Origin: a virus
IMG/VR virus record: IMGVR_UViG_3300010885_049703
Location: 50,260-114,259 of that record
Length of the DNA stretch: 64,000 nt
Reading direction: 5' to 3' (one strand)
The translations under genes and the position numbers were made by a program. This document shows, one piece after another, positions 1 to 10,049 of this stretch (the first letter of the stretch is position 1; every line of letters starts with the position of its first letter). The notes below the pieces were generated by a model. That model saw only the letters and a program-made list of their open reading frames with translations, had not been told where the DNA came from and ran no database searches.

Positions 1-891
1 GTAACTTTCGTCCCAGAAATCACCAAAGGTTTGGAATCCATAACTTCGCAAATATGCCAAGCTACCACACGTTCCTACTAATACAAACGGCATTTGTAGA
101 CAAATAGGTTTGAATACTTTTTCAGTTAGGTGTTGTCTAGCTCCTGTGGCAATAGTTTCGGTTACAAGATATAACAAACATTGACTTGACTCATTAAACA
201 AATCTAGTTTTGAACTTTGACTTGCGGAAACTTCGCCTTCGTTTTCAAACTGTAGTGGTAATGTCTGTTGTGAAAATACAGATTGTATATCAGGGTACCA
301 CTGTAGCAGTGGTTCAACCGCATCAACAACAGATATGTTTTCGGCTGGGCAGATATCTGGACAACTAATCAGATTGTTAGTTAATTGATTTTTAAAAATA
401 TGATACAACATCAACAACCGATGATGTCGTTGCCCGGCTACAATACGATTTGGAGCAATAAATGTGTGAGTAATTTTTCTTTGACTGGGATCAGTTACTA
501 GATAGGTATAATTGTAACCCCGAAACCAATCCAATGCAGCCCATCCGTTATAAAAATAATAGAATTGGAGCCAATCATAGGTTTGACAAATTCTATCTAC
601 TGTGCTACTATTGTATTCGCTAGTGATAATAACACCATGTCCGGGGCATTTCAACACATTGTCTTGACTGGCAAAAATATGCTGTAACACCGGGCGCAAC
701 CGAGAGAAGTCTAACGGCTCTTGGTCAAATACGAATATATAATTGAACTCGTTGCCCGGCGGTGCATAGTTTTTGAGATCAGCCAGCCGCGTGTGACCAG
801 GTGGATCACAGAACCACATACGTGTTCTGGGAATGTTTCTTTTTATGAATGGCCAAAATGTATGATTGTAAATCTCGTCAATTCTAATCAT
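1..891 (-). CDS. Partial ORF (runs off window start); phage 'TEK' family, glycosyltransferase-like (weak GT10 C-terminal resemblance)
   Basis: Not in ORF track. Translated by hand from ATG at 891: MIRIDEIYNHTFWPF...LYLVTETIATGARQHLTEKVFKPICLQMPFVLVGTCGSLAYLRSYGFQTFGDFWDESY. Same motif as the C-terminal half of 57932..59737. Confidence 0.7.
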   Translation of the reverse strand, partial: MIRIDEIYNHTFWPFIKRNIPRTRMWFCDPPGHTRLADLKNYAPPGNEFNYIFVFDQEPLDFSRLRPVLQHIFASQDNVLKCPGHGVIITSEYNSSTVDRICQTYDWLQFYYFYNGWAALDWFRGYNYTYLVTDPSQRKITHTFIAPNRIVAGQRHHRLLMLYHIFKNQLTNNLISCPDICPAENISVVDAVEPLLQWYPDIQSVFSQQTLPLQFENEGEVSASQSSKLDLFNESSQCLLYLVTETIATGARQHLTEKVFKPICLQMPFVLVGTCGSLAYLRSYGFQTFGDFWDESY

Positions 892-2560
892 GTTTGATGT
901 ATTTTATTTTGATCGCAAGCCCAACTTATTCCCACATGAACGTTGGGCAAAGAATTTAGAAGATGCAAAAACTCAAAGTCGTACTAGATTTTTCTGGGTA
1001 GTCAACTACTTATCGGACTATACAGACTTTGATTTTCTTTGGGAACCAACTCCCTGGGAAGCGCACCAACGACATGTTTGGCCCAGTCAATGGCAACGAG
1101 ATGGTGGCACACAGTTAGTGCCCAAACAAGGATTTACGGATACCAATTACGATCACACTACAGTGCCAAGAAAAGCCGGCGTTGATATTGTGTATGTTGA
1201 CCATGGCAACCCAGAATCTCCCACAGTTAAACTCACACAACGTGTGAGATACGTCGACAATTACCTTGACACATTAAAACGCATTGCCGCAGCAGAAACC
1301 AATGAATGGATATGGATCACCAGCAGCATCTGCGACTACACTGACTTTGATTTTTCATGGCATCCTGAACCTTGGCAAGCGGACATGCTGCATGTATTTG
1401 CCAGCGGTCAACAACGCTTTGGTGATACGTTTTACATGCATGTACCCAGTGCCCGGCAACGTCTTGGTGATGTGGAATTATTAGATTGGTATGCATTGAA
1501 CTTTGTTACAGATATTGTAGTACCGCGGCATCATATTCCAGTTAACTGGCATCGCAAGGACACACACATTGATGCAATAAAGCAGCACGAGTTTCGGGCA
1601 CCTTTGGAAATATTCACTTGCACTAATGTTGATGTTCCGTTGCCTGAAGTTAACCTATGGCGTAGCAAGACTAAAACTATCGTATCATTAAGTGCAGGTG
1701 CATCGGCTGTGATAGTTCCGCAAGTGGCAGCACCCACAATTAAAACACAACTCTATGATTATCCTTACATAGATAAGACCTATAACAATTGTGTGGAAGA
1801 TCGTTTACAAGATGTAATCTTTATCAGCAACGGCGAGCCCATGGCCGAAGCGAATTGGAACAATCTACAAGAACTGTGTCCCAGAGCACGTCGTAGCGAT
1901 GGAGTTACCGGCCGTGAAGCAGCATACAAAGCAGCAGCCGCTATGAGTGACACACCTTGGTTCTTTGCTGTGTTTGCCAAAACAGAAGTGTTACCTGAAT
2001 TCAAATTTGATTTCCAACCTGATCGTATGCAACAGCCCAAGCACTATATTTTTCACAGTCGCAATCCAGTTAATGGATTAGAGTATGGTGCCATGAATAT
2101 TAACTTGTACAATCGCCAACTCACCTTAGATACACGACCCGGCTTAGACTTCACATTGAGTTCGGCACATGAAGTAGTACCCATCGTAGCCAGTATCTCA
2201 AGATTCAACACTGATCCTTGGATCAGTTGGCGCAGTGCATTTAGAGAAGTGTTGAAACTAAAGCGTGAAGTTGACTTTGGTGCTGACGTAGAAATACAAT
2301 ATCGTCTAGACACATGGTGTACTCGTGCTGAAGGAGAAAATGCTGAATGGGTGTTGCAAGGTGCACAGGATGCCTTGGCATATTATGCGGAAGTCAACGG
2401 GCGACTATCACAGTTACAGTTGAGCTTTGACTGGGCTTGGTTAAAACAATGGTTTGAAAGCCGGCATGGATACCAGCTATGGGCTAAAACTGATCAACAA
2501 ACTCCTGAGTCACAAACCAATTTAGATATTGCTCAACTCCTAATTCAAGGGATATTGTAG
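890..2560 (+). CDS. Multi-domain glycosyltransferase-like protein with internally repeated modules
   Basis: 556 aa; repeated DYTDFDF.W.P.PW motif and repeated DV/DI-[FV] starts; GT-A-like C-terminal module. Confidence 0.55.
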   Translation: MFDVFYFDRKPNLFPHERWAKNLEDAKTQSRTRFFWVVNYLSDYTDFDFLWEPTPWEAHQRHVWPSQWQRDGGTQLVPKQGFTDTNYDHTTVPRKAGVDIVYVDHGNPESPTVKLTQRVRYVDNYLDTLKRIAAAETNEWIWITSSICDYTDFDFSWHPEPWQADMLHVFASGQQRFGDTFYMHVPSARQRLGDVELLDWYALNFVTDIVVPRHHIPVNWHRKDTHIDAIKQHEFRAPLEIFTCTNVDVPLPEVNLWRSKTKTIVSLSAGASAVIVPQVAAPTIKTQLYDYPYIDKTYNNCVEDRLQDVIFISNGEPMAEANWNNLQELCPRARRSDGVTGREAAYKAAAAMSDTPWFFAVFAKTEVLPEFKFDFQPDRMQQPKHYIFHSRNPVNGLEYGAMNINLYNRQLTLDTRPGLDFTLSSAHEVVPIVASISRFNTDPWISWRSAFREVLKLKREVDFGADVEIQYRLDTWCTRAEGENAEWVLQGAQDALAYYAEVNGRLSQLQLSFDWAWLKQWFESRHGYQLWAKTDQQTPESQTNLDIAQLLIQGIL

Positions 2561-3446
2561 GATTCCAGTCAGTTACAGTTTTTAGTTTGTCACTGTCAAG
2601 AGTATCTCTATTGGGATAAAATGCATCGTGTGGTTGAGTGATAATCTCAGCCGGAAGCCTTGCTGCAATTAGTTCTGCCGCTTCGATAATCTTTCTTCCC
2701 TGTCCTCTTGTGCAATTAAAAATTTCATTGGCTGCAGCAGGGTGTACAGCCGCAGTGACAAAAGCAGCAGCAACATCAGTGACATAACTAAAGTCTAATC
2801 GATTGTCAGGACCGTTCACATGTATCCGGCCAGTCTTGATGGCACCCACAGTCATCTTACTGATCACACGTACTACCATATCACGCACACCATACAATGC
2901 ACTGGGGCGTAGAATACTGTATTCTAAGCCATGCTCGTGCTGCCAAATCTTACACATACGTTCGCATTGTAGTTTATAACTTCCGTACAATGTCAATGGA
3001 TTACATTCAGCAGTTTCATTGGGAATATTACCACCAAAGTCTCCATATACCATTGACGAACTGGCCAATACAAAACGTTGAACTTTAAACTCCACACATA
3101 GATCCAATGCAATGGCAGTGGCTGCAATCATGTTAGTTGTGGCATCAACTACATTCTTCTTCACCATCTTGGCATTGGGGTATGTGGCAAGATCAATCAC
3201 AACATCAGGGCCAACCTCAGAAAATACTTGTCGCAATTTTTCAGAGTTGCAGACATCAACATTCCATGCTGAATGGAATCCTATAAAGGCAGTGCGTTGG
3301 TCAAGCACAGGATTATATTCCCAATCCTTATACTCGCCGTATTGATGATGTATGTCAACAACGTTGACTTGATGACCAAGATCAATGAGCTGGCGTGCAA
3401 CATTGTGTCCGATAAATCCATGTCCACCTAGTATTAATATTTTCAT
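2484..3446 (-). CDS. NAD-dependent nucleotide-sugar epimerase/dehydratase (extended SDR)
   Basis: GGHGFIG Rossmann motif, SSSMVYG, YGSYK catalytic YxxxK. Confidence 0.93.
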   Translation of the reverse strand: MKILILGGHGFIGHNVARQLIDLGHQVNVVDIHHQYGEYKDWEYNPVLDQRTAFIGFHSAWNVDVCNSEKLRQVFSEVGPDVVIDLATYPNAKMVKKNVVDATTNMIAATAIALDLCVEFKVQRFVLASSSMVYGDFGGNIPNETAECNPLTLYGSYKLQCERMCKIWQHEHGLEYSILRPSALYGVRDMVVRVISKMTVGAIKTGRIHVNGPDNRLDFSYVTDVAAAFVTAAVHPAAANEIFNCTRGQGRKIIEAAELIAARLPAEIITQPHDAFYPNRDTLDSDKLKTVTDWNPTISLELGVEQYLNWFVTQEFVDQF

Positions 3447-4480
3447 TGCAATACCTTGGCTATTTGTTCTACTTCACTGTCAGTTAGTGTGTGTTGGTTA
3501 GGCACAGTGAAACTTTGTCGTGCCAATTCATCGGCTCGTGGACAATTGGCAGTATACAGCGTTTCCCGATGAACTGGCCTTGAATAGTGTACGGCTATGT
3601 CAATCGCTTGTTGTTGAAACTGTTTGATAACGATGTCTCGTTGCAACGATTTAAAAACTAGTTTACTGTAATCGTGTGCCCTTAGATTGGTATCTAACAC
3701 ACACTGGTGTTGACTTTGTGCAATAAGAAATTGCGCTATCTCATGCCTTCTGCGCTGCCATTGTGTAGCCAGTTCCAACCCAACGCTAATACACGCTGCT
3801 TCAAAACTACTGATCATACTGTTCATTCCTGGTGCAATACTTGCATCGGTATTTTTCTTCTTGCCGTGTAATCGCAGCAGTTGAGCCATGGCAGCAATGT
3901 CATCATCATCAGTGAGTACGGCTCCGCCACTGCCCCAGCTACTGATAGGTTTACTGGGTGAAAAACTAACACAGGCAACCGTGCCTTGGTTGGCACTCCA
4001 AGTTGTACCGTTGTGACTCATTAAACTTTGAGCAGCATCACAAATCACAGGTATGCCTAGTTGATCTAATGCGGCCCAGTTGCTCATGTTGCCAAATATA
4101 TCCACTGCCACCACAGCAGCGCAGTCTTTGATTTGACTTACATCAATACAATAATTGTCAACAACATCAACCGCAATTGGTATATGACCGGCTCTGACAA
4201 TAGCATGTGCCGTGGCAGTGAATGTGTAGGTGCTTACGGCAATTCTACTTTGTGGGGGAAGATTCAAACACCATATGGCAATGATCAGTGCATCAGTGCA
4301 ACTGGCAGTTGTGACACAATGTTTTCTATGAAACGTTGTGGCTAGCCTTGTTTCTAATCGTTGTACCAGTGCTGAGTTTTGAGCTAGGCCCTGTTGATGA
4401 TCTTCGTTGAGCATTGTCCAGACTTGATCACGTATCTGAGTCCAGTTGCGAGCATTTTGGAATAGTGCGATGTTACTCAT
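3443..4480 (-). CDS. DegT/DnrJ/EryC1/StrS PLP-dependent sugar aminotransferase
   Basis: SCTDAL, TFTATA, DAAQS, SFSPSK (PLP lysine), GGAV motifs. Confidence 0.92.
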   Translation of the reverse strand: MSNIALFQNARNWTQIRDQVWTMLNEDHQQGLAQNSALVQRLETRLATTFHRKHCVTTASCTDALIIAIWCLNLPPQSRIAVSTYTFTATAHAIVRAGHIPIAVDVVDNYCIDVSQIKDCAAVVAVDIFGNMSNWAALDQLGIPVICDAAQSLMSHNGTTWSANQGTVACVSFSPSKPISSWGSGGAVLTDDDDIAAMAQLLRLHGKKKNTDASIAPGMNSMISSFEAACISVGLELATQWQRRRHEIAQFLIAQSQHQCVLDTNLRAHDYSKLVFKSLQRDIVIKQFQQQAIDIAVHYSRPVHRETLYTANCPRADELARQSFTVPNQHTLTDSEVEQIAKVLQ

Positions 4481-5093
4481 AAGAATTCACTATTGTAAAA
4501 CATTCAGCAAGCGTTTGCCTATTCTTCTGCGCCCAATATTGATTGGCAGTGTAGATATACGCAATATCTGACTGGGATAGATAACTGCCGTAACATTCCA
4601 GCAATTGACGTTTGAATGTCCAATGATCAGCAATACCAACGTAATAGTTGGCAGTGCGTTGATAGTCATGGCAATAAGGCCAACTATGCATTAACCAAGT
4701 CTGACGGGCATGCTTCTTTACATAAGGCCAAGCCAGTTCATAGGTGGCTCTGTGGTCTTGATGACTGTCTTCAGGATTGGGGATAATTGCAATGTCACAT
4801 GACTCCAACAGATCGTGTAGTTGAGTCATGATTACATTATTGACTACAAGATTTGGCCTGCCGCCGGTGTGCAAGGGAGTGGGCAATACTCTAAGATCCC
4901 AGCCACTCAATTTATAACTGGCCGCAAGTTCATTGGTTACAATGGCTGTGGTTCGGGTGGGATTGACTTCAGTGCTGGGTTGTACAGCAACCACACTGAT
5001 GATTTCTGCACCCTGCTCTTGATAACGTCTGAGAGTACCGGCACAGGCAATCTCTACATCATCGGGGTGAGCACTGACAACGAGTATTTTCAT
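4473..5093 (-). CDS. PIG-L/LmbE family N-acetyl-sugar deacetylase
   Basis: AHPDD and HQDH motifs; start at ATG 5093 overlapping the upstream stop (ATGA). Confidence 0.88.
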   Translation of the reverse strand: MKILVVSAHPDDVEIACAGTLRRYQEQGAEIISVVAVQPSTEVNPTRTTAIVTNELAASYKLSGWDLRVLPTPLHTGGRPNLVVNNVIMTQLHDLLESCDIAIIPNPEDSHQDHRATYELAWPYVKKHARQTWLMHSWPYCHDYQRTANYYVGIADHWTFKRQLLECYGSYLSQSDIAYIYTANQYWAQKNRQTLAECFTIVNSYE

Positions 5094-5245
5094 GACCACC
5101 TCAACAAATATAACATGTAGTCCGCCTCATTGCGAAAGTATAGATAGCCTCGATCACGACACCAACGAATATCTTGATCACCAAATGTTTGTTCACACCA
5201 TTGCATTCTTGCCCATGCTTCTGGTATCTTTGCTCGATAGGTCAT
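5090..5245 (-). CDS. Small hypothetical protein, 'F.L.W' paralog family (51 aa)
   Basis: Not in ORF track: MTYRAKIPEAWARMQWCEQTFGDQDIRWCRDRGYLYFRNEADYMLYLLRWS; ATGA-coupled on both sides. Confidence 0.75.
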   Translation of the reverse strand: MTYRAKIPEAWARMQWCEQTFGDQDIRWCRDRGYLYFRNEADYMLYLLRWS

Positions 5246-5475
5246 GACCATTTTAATTTAAACCACACTGCTGGTTTTTCGTCTTTAAAGTAGTAACACC
5301 AGGAACTCATTATATAATCTACCTTGGATCTATAACCTCGTTCACGTAGCCATGAATTTAAATCATCTAACGTATAAGGCTCAATGCTAGGACGCAACTC
5401 TACCTTGTATATGAATCCTTGTTCAGCTAATCTGACACTGTAAGGTCTGCTCAACGGGTTACTGTGATCTTTCAT
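5242..5475 (-). CDS. Small hypothetical protein, 'F.L.W' paralog family
   Basis: Ends YFKDEKPAVWFKLKWS; translationally coupled. Confidence 0.7.
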   Translation of the reverse strand: MKDHSNPLSRPYSVRLAEQGFIYKVELRPSIEPYTLDDLNSWLRERGYRSKVDYIMSSWCYYFKDEKPAVWFKLKWS

Positions 5476-6431
5476 TGCCAGTGTGTGCTAGTAGTCAGCC
5501 AATTGTAATAAGATAAGAATCCTTCAGCAACATCAACTTTGGGATCATACCCAAAGTCTTGACGAGCAGCATCAATGTTCAGTGATCCACGACTGGGGAA
5601 GTCTAGATCACGATCCCCGACTTGAATAGATCCTTGCCCCACTATGCTGACAATCATTTCAGCTGCCTGCAACAATGTCACGGAATGACTTTTTGTTATA
5701 TTATACGTGCGATTCTTTGTTTGGTCAATCAAACTGGCATTAGCGATACCTTCGGCGGCATCATCAACATAGGTAAAGTCCAAAGTTTCCGCGGCACCAT
5801 TTACGTTTAACCAGCCGCCACGCAATGCCTGCATCATGAATCGTGATATAACACGGTCTTCAACATCCAACGGTCCATATACCGCACTGGGACGAATGAT
5901 GGTGTAATCAAAACAGCCGCGTCGCTGGTAATCTTTTACTAGAGCCTCGCCGGCAAGTTTCATTATACCATATTGTCCTTGTGGGCGACATATAGCATCT
6001 TCACGCACATCATCTCGGAAATCACCGTAGACCATTGAGCTTGATATGTACACAAAACGTTTGACACTGTGTGCATTCGCGCTTTCCAGCATGTTGATCA
6101 GTCCTTCAATCATCACCTTTGCTCCCAATCCAGGATTGGCATTTACTACTTTTTGTCGGGGAAAGCTGGCCATGTGTATTACAACATCAGGCTGTTCGCC
6201 CGCAATGATGCTGTTGACTGCAGCCGCATCTGCAATGTCGTTGGTATAGCAACGTACTGATAGTGGAAATTTTACTCGACGCTGTTGTATCAAGTAGTCA
6301 AGTTCTTGTTGTGGGATGACACCATAGTTGGTGAGATTGTCAATAACTGCTACATCGTGCCCAAGGCGTGTTAGATGAAGCACGGTATTGTGCCCAATTA
6401 ATCCAAGCCCACCTGTGATCAATACTTTCAT
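5472..6431 (-). CDS. NAD-dependent epimerase/dehydratase (paralog of 2484..3446)
   Basis: GGLGLIG, SSSMVYGDF, YGIMK; start MKVLITGG at 6431. Confidence 0.93.
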   Translation of the reverse strand: MKVLITGGLGLIGHNTVLHLTRLGHDVAVIDNLTNYGVIPQQELDYLIQQRRVKFPLSVRCYTNDIADAAAVNSIIAGEQPDVVIHMASFPRQKVVNANPGLGAKVMIEGLINMLESANAHSVKRFVYISSSMVYGDFRDDVREDAICRPQGQYGIMKLAGEALVKDYQRRGCFDYTIIRPSAVYGPLDVEDRVISRFMMQALRGGWLNVNGAAETLDFTYVDDAAEGIANASLIDQTKNRTYNITKSHSVTLLQAAEMIVSIVGQGSIQVGDRDLDFPSRGSLNIDAARQDFGYDPKVDVAEGFLSYYNWLTTSTHWQ

Positions 6432-6754
6432 TGCGACCACTTTAATTTAAAGAATGTATAGTTTTGTTCACTCATCTCGCCTTCCAAGGCAATTTTGTAT
6501 CCAAGTGATATTGGATCAGCCAAAGTATGAAAGTAGATGTCGCCTTCGCAGTGTTCCGTACACCACTGACCTTTTTCCGTCTGTTGCCATTCTTGAATTG
6601 TGAATGATGCATAAAGCATGGGATCTTCAACATCACCGACTGTAAAATTATGCAACATAACTTTTTGTGTCTGCATGTATGACCTGGGATTGTTATGAAA
6701 TTTAAATCGTTCCGGAAGCTGGCCAGGCCAAGTTTTACTAAAAGTGATTGCCAT
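6428..6754 (-). CDS. Hypothetical protein, 'F.L.W' family C-terminus
   Basis: GDVEDP motif; ends EQNYTFFKLKWSQ. Confidence 0.7.
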   Translation of the reverse strand: MAITFSKTWPGQLPERFKFHNNPRSYMQTQKVMLHNFTVGDVEDPMLYASFTIQEWQQTEKGQWCTEHCEGDIYFHTLADPISLGYKIALEGEMSEQNYTFFKLKWSQ

Positions 6755-7415
6755 TAACTAACTCCGCAGCCATTGGAAATATTTTTGCAATTACATTGGC
6801 GCAGGCCACAGCAACTTCTTGATGTTCTTTTTGTGTGCCGTTGCCACTGCGCAGTTCAATAAAATGTATCCAACTACGCAAAGTGCCATTCATGTACAGT
6901 CGACTTTCCATGATACCTTCGGGCAACACTGCACGAGCTTGTTCTTTGGCAATGCCATTGTCAACTGCCCACTTATACGCTTCGCGACTGGCAGCTATCA
7001 CATTCATTTGACGAATCTTCCATTCGTGTTCAAGTTCTTGGTCATCAGTTTCAATGCTGTTTTGACGATTCTTGGTATCTTGCAGTCGTGCATCACGCAA
7101 CACAAAGTTTAGATCCTTTGTGGGATCGGCGTAACGTTGCGAGAACTCTTGGAAACTAAAACTACGATGACGTAAGATCTGTCGAGCAATGTCTCTTGTA
7201 GTGGTAATTTCTATACAAGCACTGACCATCTCAAGTGGACTCCAGTGTTGGTGCTTGATCAAATAGCGTATGAGTTTTTCGCTTGACTCAGTGTTGAGTT
7301 GATTACTGGGGTTACTGACACGAGCGCAATAGGCAATAAGTTCTTGAGCATCACCTATACCTAGCCCAGTTAGTTCAGCCGTGGGCTCGCTAGAAGAAAT
7401 CAGTCTGACGTTCAT
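6738..7415 (-). CDS. thyX: FAD-dependent thymidylate synthase
   Basis: HWSPLE and RQILRHRSFSFQEFSQRY ThyX signature; EQARAVLP. Confidence 0.97.
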   Translation of the reverse strand: MNVRLISSSEPTAELTGLGIGDAQELIAYCARVSNPSNQLNTESSEKLIRYLIKHQHWSPLEMVSACIEITTTRDIARQILRHRSFSFQEFSQRYADPTKDLNFVLRDARLQDTKNRQNSIETDDQELEHEWKIRQMNVIAASREAYKWAVDNGIAKEQARAVLPEGIMESRLYMNGTLRSWIHFIELRSGNGTQKEHQEVAVACANVIAKIFPMAAELVNGNHF

Positions 7416-7721
7416 TTATAGGCCGCTTAAAATTTTGTTGGTTTCGGGTTGCACCAGCTCGGCCACAGCATTGACGTCAAGCACAAATTCAATATCTTGT
7501 ACTTCGTCGCCAAGCTCGGCTAGTTGGCGGGTTATGAGAATTTCAATTTCTTCTAACTCAAGGCCTTGTTTCTTCAGCGTGTGAAAGTTAATAGTTTTCT
7601 GACGCCGGCCTTCTATTTTGATTATAACTTTTTTGATACATTCAAGGGGAACAGCAGTTTTTTCATCAATACCTGAAATTATGTGTTCCCACTTCTCGAG
7701 AAAATCATCACTGAGCTTCAT
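7416..7721 (-). CDS. Hypothetical phage protein
   Basis: Likely start MKLSDDFLEKW at 7721; in operon. Confidence 0.65.
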   Translation of the reverse strand: MKLSDDFLEKWEHIISGIDEKTAVPLECIKKVIIKIEGRRQKTINFHTLKKQGLELEEIEILITRQLAELGDEVQDIEFVLDVNAVAELVQPETNKILSGL

Positions 7722-8439
7722 GTGCGGCGGTTGCTTTCTTTGGACGACCACGTGTCTTGGCTGCCGCAGTTGACACGGGTGCGGTTGATTCACGAACAAC
7801 AGCCTTGGGATTTGCTTTTGGGTTCATACGTGCAGCTTCTTTTTTCATGCGAGCTGCTTCAGCAATCAATCCTTTGGCTTCAATTTCCATGCGCTTGGCC
7901 TGTACCAACATATTGTCGGCAATGTCATTGTCATTAAGATATGAACTGGTACTGGCTTGAGAACTAGGCGGAGGTGGTGCTCCTAACTCTCGACCAGCTT
8001 TGTATTCTGCTTCGGCTGCACGTTTAGTCGGAGCATCTACCATTCCGCGATTGGCATCTACCTCGGCTAGTTTTCTACTAGCACCTTCGCCAAGCTTCAT
8101 TTCGGCTAAAATCTTGTTGAGTTCGTCAAGTCTGATTGTATTGCCAGTGCTGGGAGTCATAATCACTTGCCCAGTATTGACTTTTTTCATCATGCTTTCA
8201 CGATGCAACGTCTCAAGAATGTTTCTACCATCGGGCAAAAGATTACGATGTAATGCATCAGCAAATTCTTCGGCTTGTTGACCTACATCACTTTCCAATA
8301 CTTTCATGATAGAATCATGCCAGTGTGCTGGCAATGTGTCGGGATAAATGACCAAACACATATGATCCATTCCCGGAATGGTTCTAAATATCACAGCGAC
8401 CTTGCGATCGTTGTGTTTTCCAATATGCTTTAAAAACAT
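7708..8439 (-). CDS. Hypothetical phage protein with C-terminal AT-hook-like RGRPKK
   Basis: 243-aa ORF with SD AGGAG; coiled-coil and basic tail. Confidence 0.7.
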   Translation of the reverse strand: MFLKHIGKHNDRKVAVIFRTIPGMDHMCLVIYPDTLPAHWHDSIMKVLESDVGQQAEEFADALHRNLLPDGRNILETLHRESMMKKVNTGQVIMTPSTGNTIRLDELNKILAEMKLGEGASRKLAEVDANRGMVDAPTKRAAEAEYKAGRELGAPPPPSSQASTSSYLNDNDIADNMLVQAKRMEIEAKGLIAEAARMKKEAARMNPKANPKAVVRESTAPVSTAAAKTRGRPKKATAAHEAQ

Positions 8440-8440
8440 A

Positions 8441-8683
8441 TTATTCTCCTTGAAGGGCCGTTTCGGGCTCTGGCGGTAGTTCTGTTTGAGTGCTTTCTTG
8501 AACTTGTTGCGCTTGTTCTTCGATTGCTTTCAAAAATACAGAGAGACGATCAAAAACTTCGCCCACTGATTTCATTTCTTCTGCTCGATAAGCGCCACGG
8601 CTGCAAGCAACTTCAATGCAGGTCTTCAAACCTACAAGGTCCGTTACGGTTAAATTGTTGTTGGGGGTAGTAGTAGTATCCAT
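8441..8683 (-). CDS. Small hypothetical phage protein
   Basis: IEVACSRGAYRAEEM motif; TAAATA-N5-ATG upstream. Confidence 0.7.
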   Translation of the reverse strand: MDTTTTPNNNLTVTDLVGLKTCIEVACSRGAYRAEEMKSVGEVFDRLSVFLKAIEEQAQQVQESTQTELPPEPETALQGE

Positions 8684-8700
8684 GCAAATATTTAATCAAT

Positions 8701-8734
8701 AAAACACCGCAGATTTTATTTTCTGCGGTGTTTT
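8701..8734. terminator. Intrinsic terminator (inverted repeat)
   Basis: AAAACACCGCAGA-N8-TCTGCGGTGTTTT downstream of the vWA gene. Confidence 0.75.
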
Positions 8735-8745
8735 GGCAAAATTGA

Positions 8746-10026
8746 TCAATGTACTTCGTTTTCTTCGTAATAAGCAAATTGACCCCAGGGTGGGACAATA
8801 GTCTTGGTACCGTGTAAAATCCACAGTGTGTCGGCGTAGTTCTCATCACCCCACGAACCGAATGGATAGCCATCTGTAAACACAATCAAACGTTTGGGTT
8901 CAATGTTATTCTCTTTGAGATAACTGAAGATACAGTCAAAGTCTGTACCACCACCGCCGGATACTTCATAATCTAGCATGGTTTCCATGTTTTCGCTATC
9001 ATATGTTCTTGAATTGTATACTTCTGTGTCAAACGTAGCAATATGAATACGAAACTGTCCAAACTGATTCATGATACCCTGTACCTCGCTGAGAAAATCT
9101 TTGAGCATGGATTCGTCAATTGAACCTGAAGCATCTAACATCACACAGATATCAATCATCTCATCATTCTTTAATCCGGGCATTACAGCGTCCATGTGCC
9201 AGCCCTTGCGACTTGCCCGCATCCAAGTGTAGTCAGATTTAATAGTTGATTCCATCTGCATACGCAACAACTCACGCCAGTCCATTTTAGGTTCAGTGAG
9301 ATTTTGGATAATGCGTTTGACCCCTGCTGGAATGTTGCCGGCGTCTGATGCCTGTGCTGCGCTCAATACAGCTTCCTTGATTTCGTCGCGAATCTGTTGA
9401 CGCTCTTCGTCAGTGAGTTTGGGGCGACCCTTGCCATCTTTGTCGCCTTCGCCTTCGCCTTCGCCTTCGCCTTCACCGTCTAAGTGATCATCAAGCAGTC
9501 GATCAATCAGTTGATTGATGTTGATTTTTTCGGCGTTTTCGTAGAGATGATTGTAGATCTCTTCTGAGCTCATACCATCGTATTTGGTGTCAAACAAACA
9601 TGGCACTGAAGTAATCTTTTCACCAACACGATGTCGCACAAGATCGCCATTGACAGCATAGTCATTGGCTACATTCCACAATTGTGCATCTCGGCTCATG
9701 CGACGACCAAAGTGATCATACACCACATGCAATACTTCATGTCCAAACAAGAATTCAAGTTCTTTGGGCTGCAGCATTTTAACAAAACGACTATTGTAAT
9801 AAAAGTTTCTGCCGTCTGTGGCTGCAGTTGAACACCACTCGTCGGCATTGACAAGTTTCAATCGTGTTGCAAGATTGCCAAAGAAACTAGACTTCAACAA
9901 TAGTCCAACACGAGCAGTGATCAATTGCTCTCTCACCTCTCGATCAATCTTAGGATCCGTGGGACCAATTAAGTCAGCGAATTTCTTTGCTAACTCTTTT
10001 GTGTTTTCTGTTGTGCCTTTACTCAT
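8746..10026 (-). CDS. DUF2201-type metallopeptidase plus vWA domain protein (MoxR partner)
   Basis: TAATDG, HEVLH zincin motif, DASGS MIDAS, GGGTDF, FTDG. Confidence 0.88.
   Translation of the reverse strand: MSKGTTENTKELAKKFADLIGPTDPKIDREVREQLITARVGLLLKSSFFGNLATRLKLVNADEWCSTAATDGRNFYYNSRFVKMLQPKELEFLFGHEVLHVVYDHFGRRMSRDAQLWNVANDYAVNGDLVRHRVGEKITSVPCLFDTKYDGMSSEEIYNHLYENAEKININQLIDRLLDDHLDGEGEGEGEGEGDKDGKGRPKLTDEERQQIRDEIKEAVLSAAQASDAGNIPAGVKRIIQNLTEPKMDWRELLRMQMESTIKSDYTWMRASRKGWHMDAVMPGLKNDEMIDICVMLDASGSIDESMLKDFLSEVQGIMNQFGQFRIHIATFDTEVYNSRTYDSENMETMLDYEVSGGGGTDFDCIFSYLKENNIEPKRLIVFTDGYPFGSWGDENYADTLWILHGTKTIVPPWGQFAYYEENEVH
9443..9472 (-). repeat. Hexamer tandem repeat encoding a Gly-Glu linker
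   Basis: (TCGCCT)x5 on the + strand, giving GEGEGEGEG. Confidence 0.85.
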
Positions 10027-10049
10027 AGTTTCTCCTTCATTGTTTTATT

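Noticed and set aside
9443-9472. Hexamer repeat as a phase-variation locus
   Set aside because: It is an in-frame GE linker; length changes would not switch expression.
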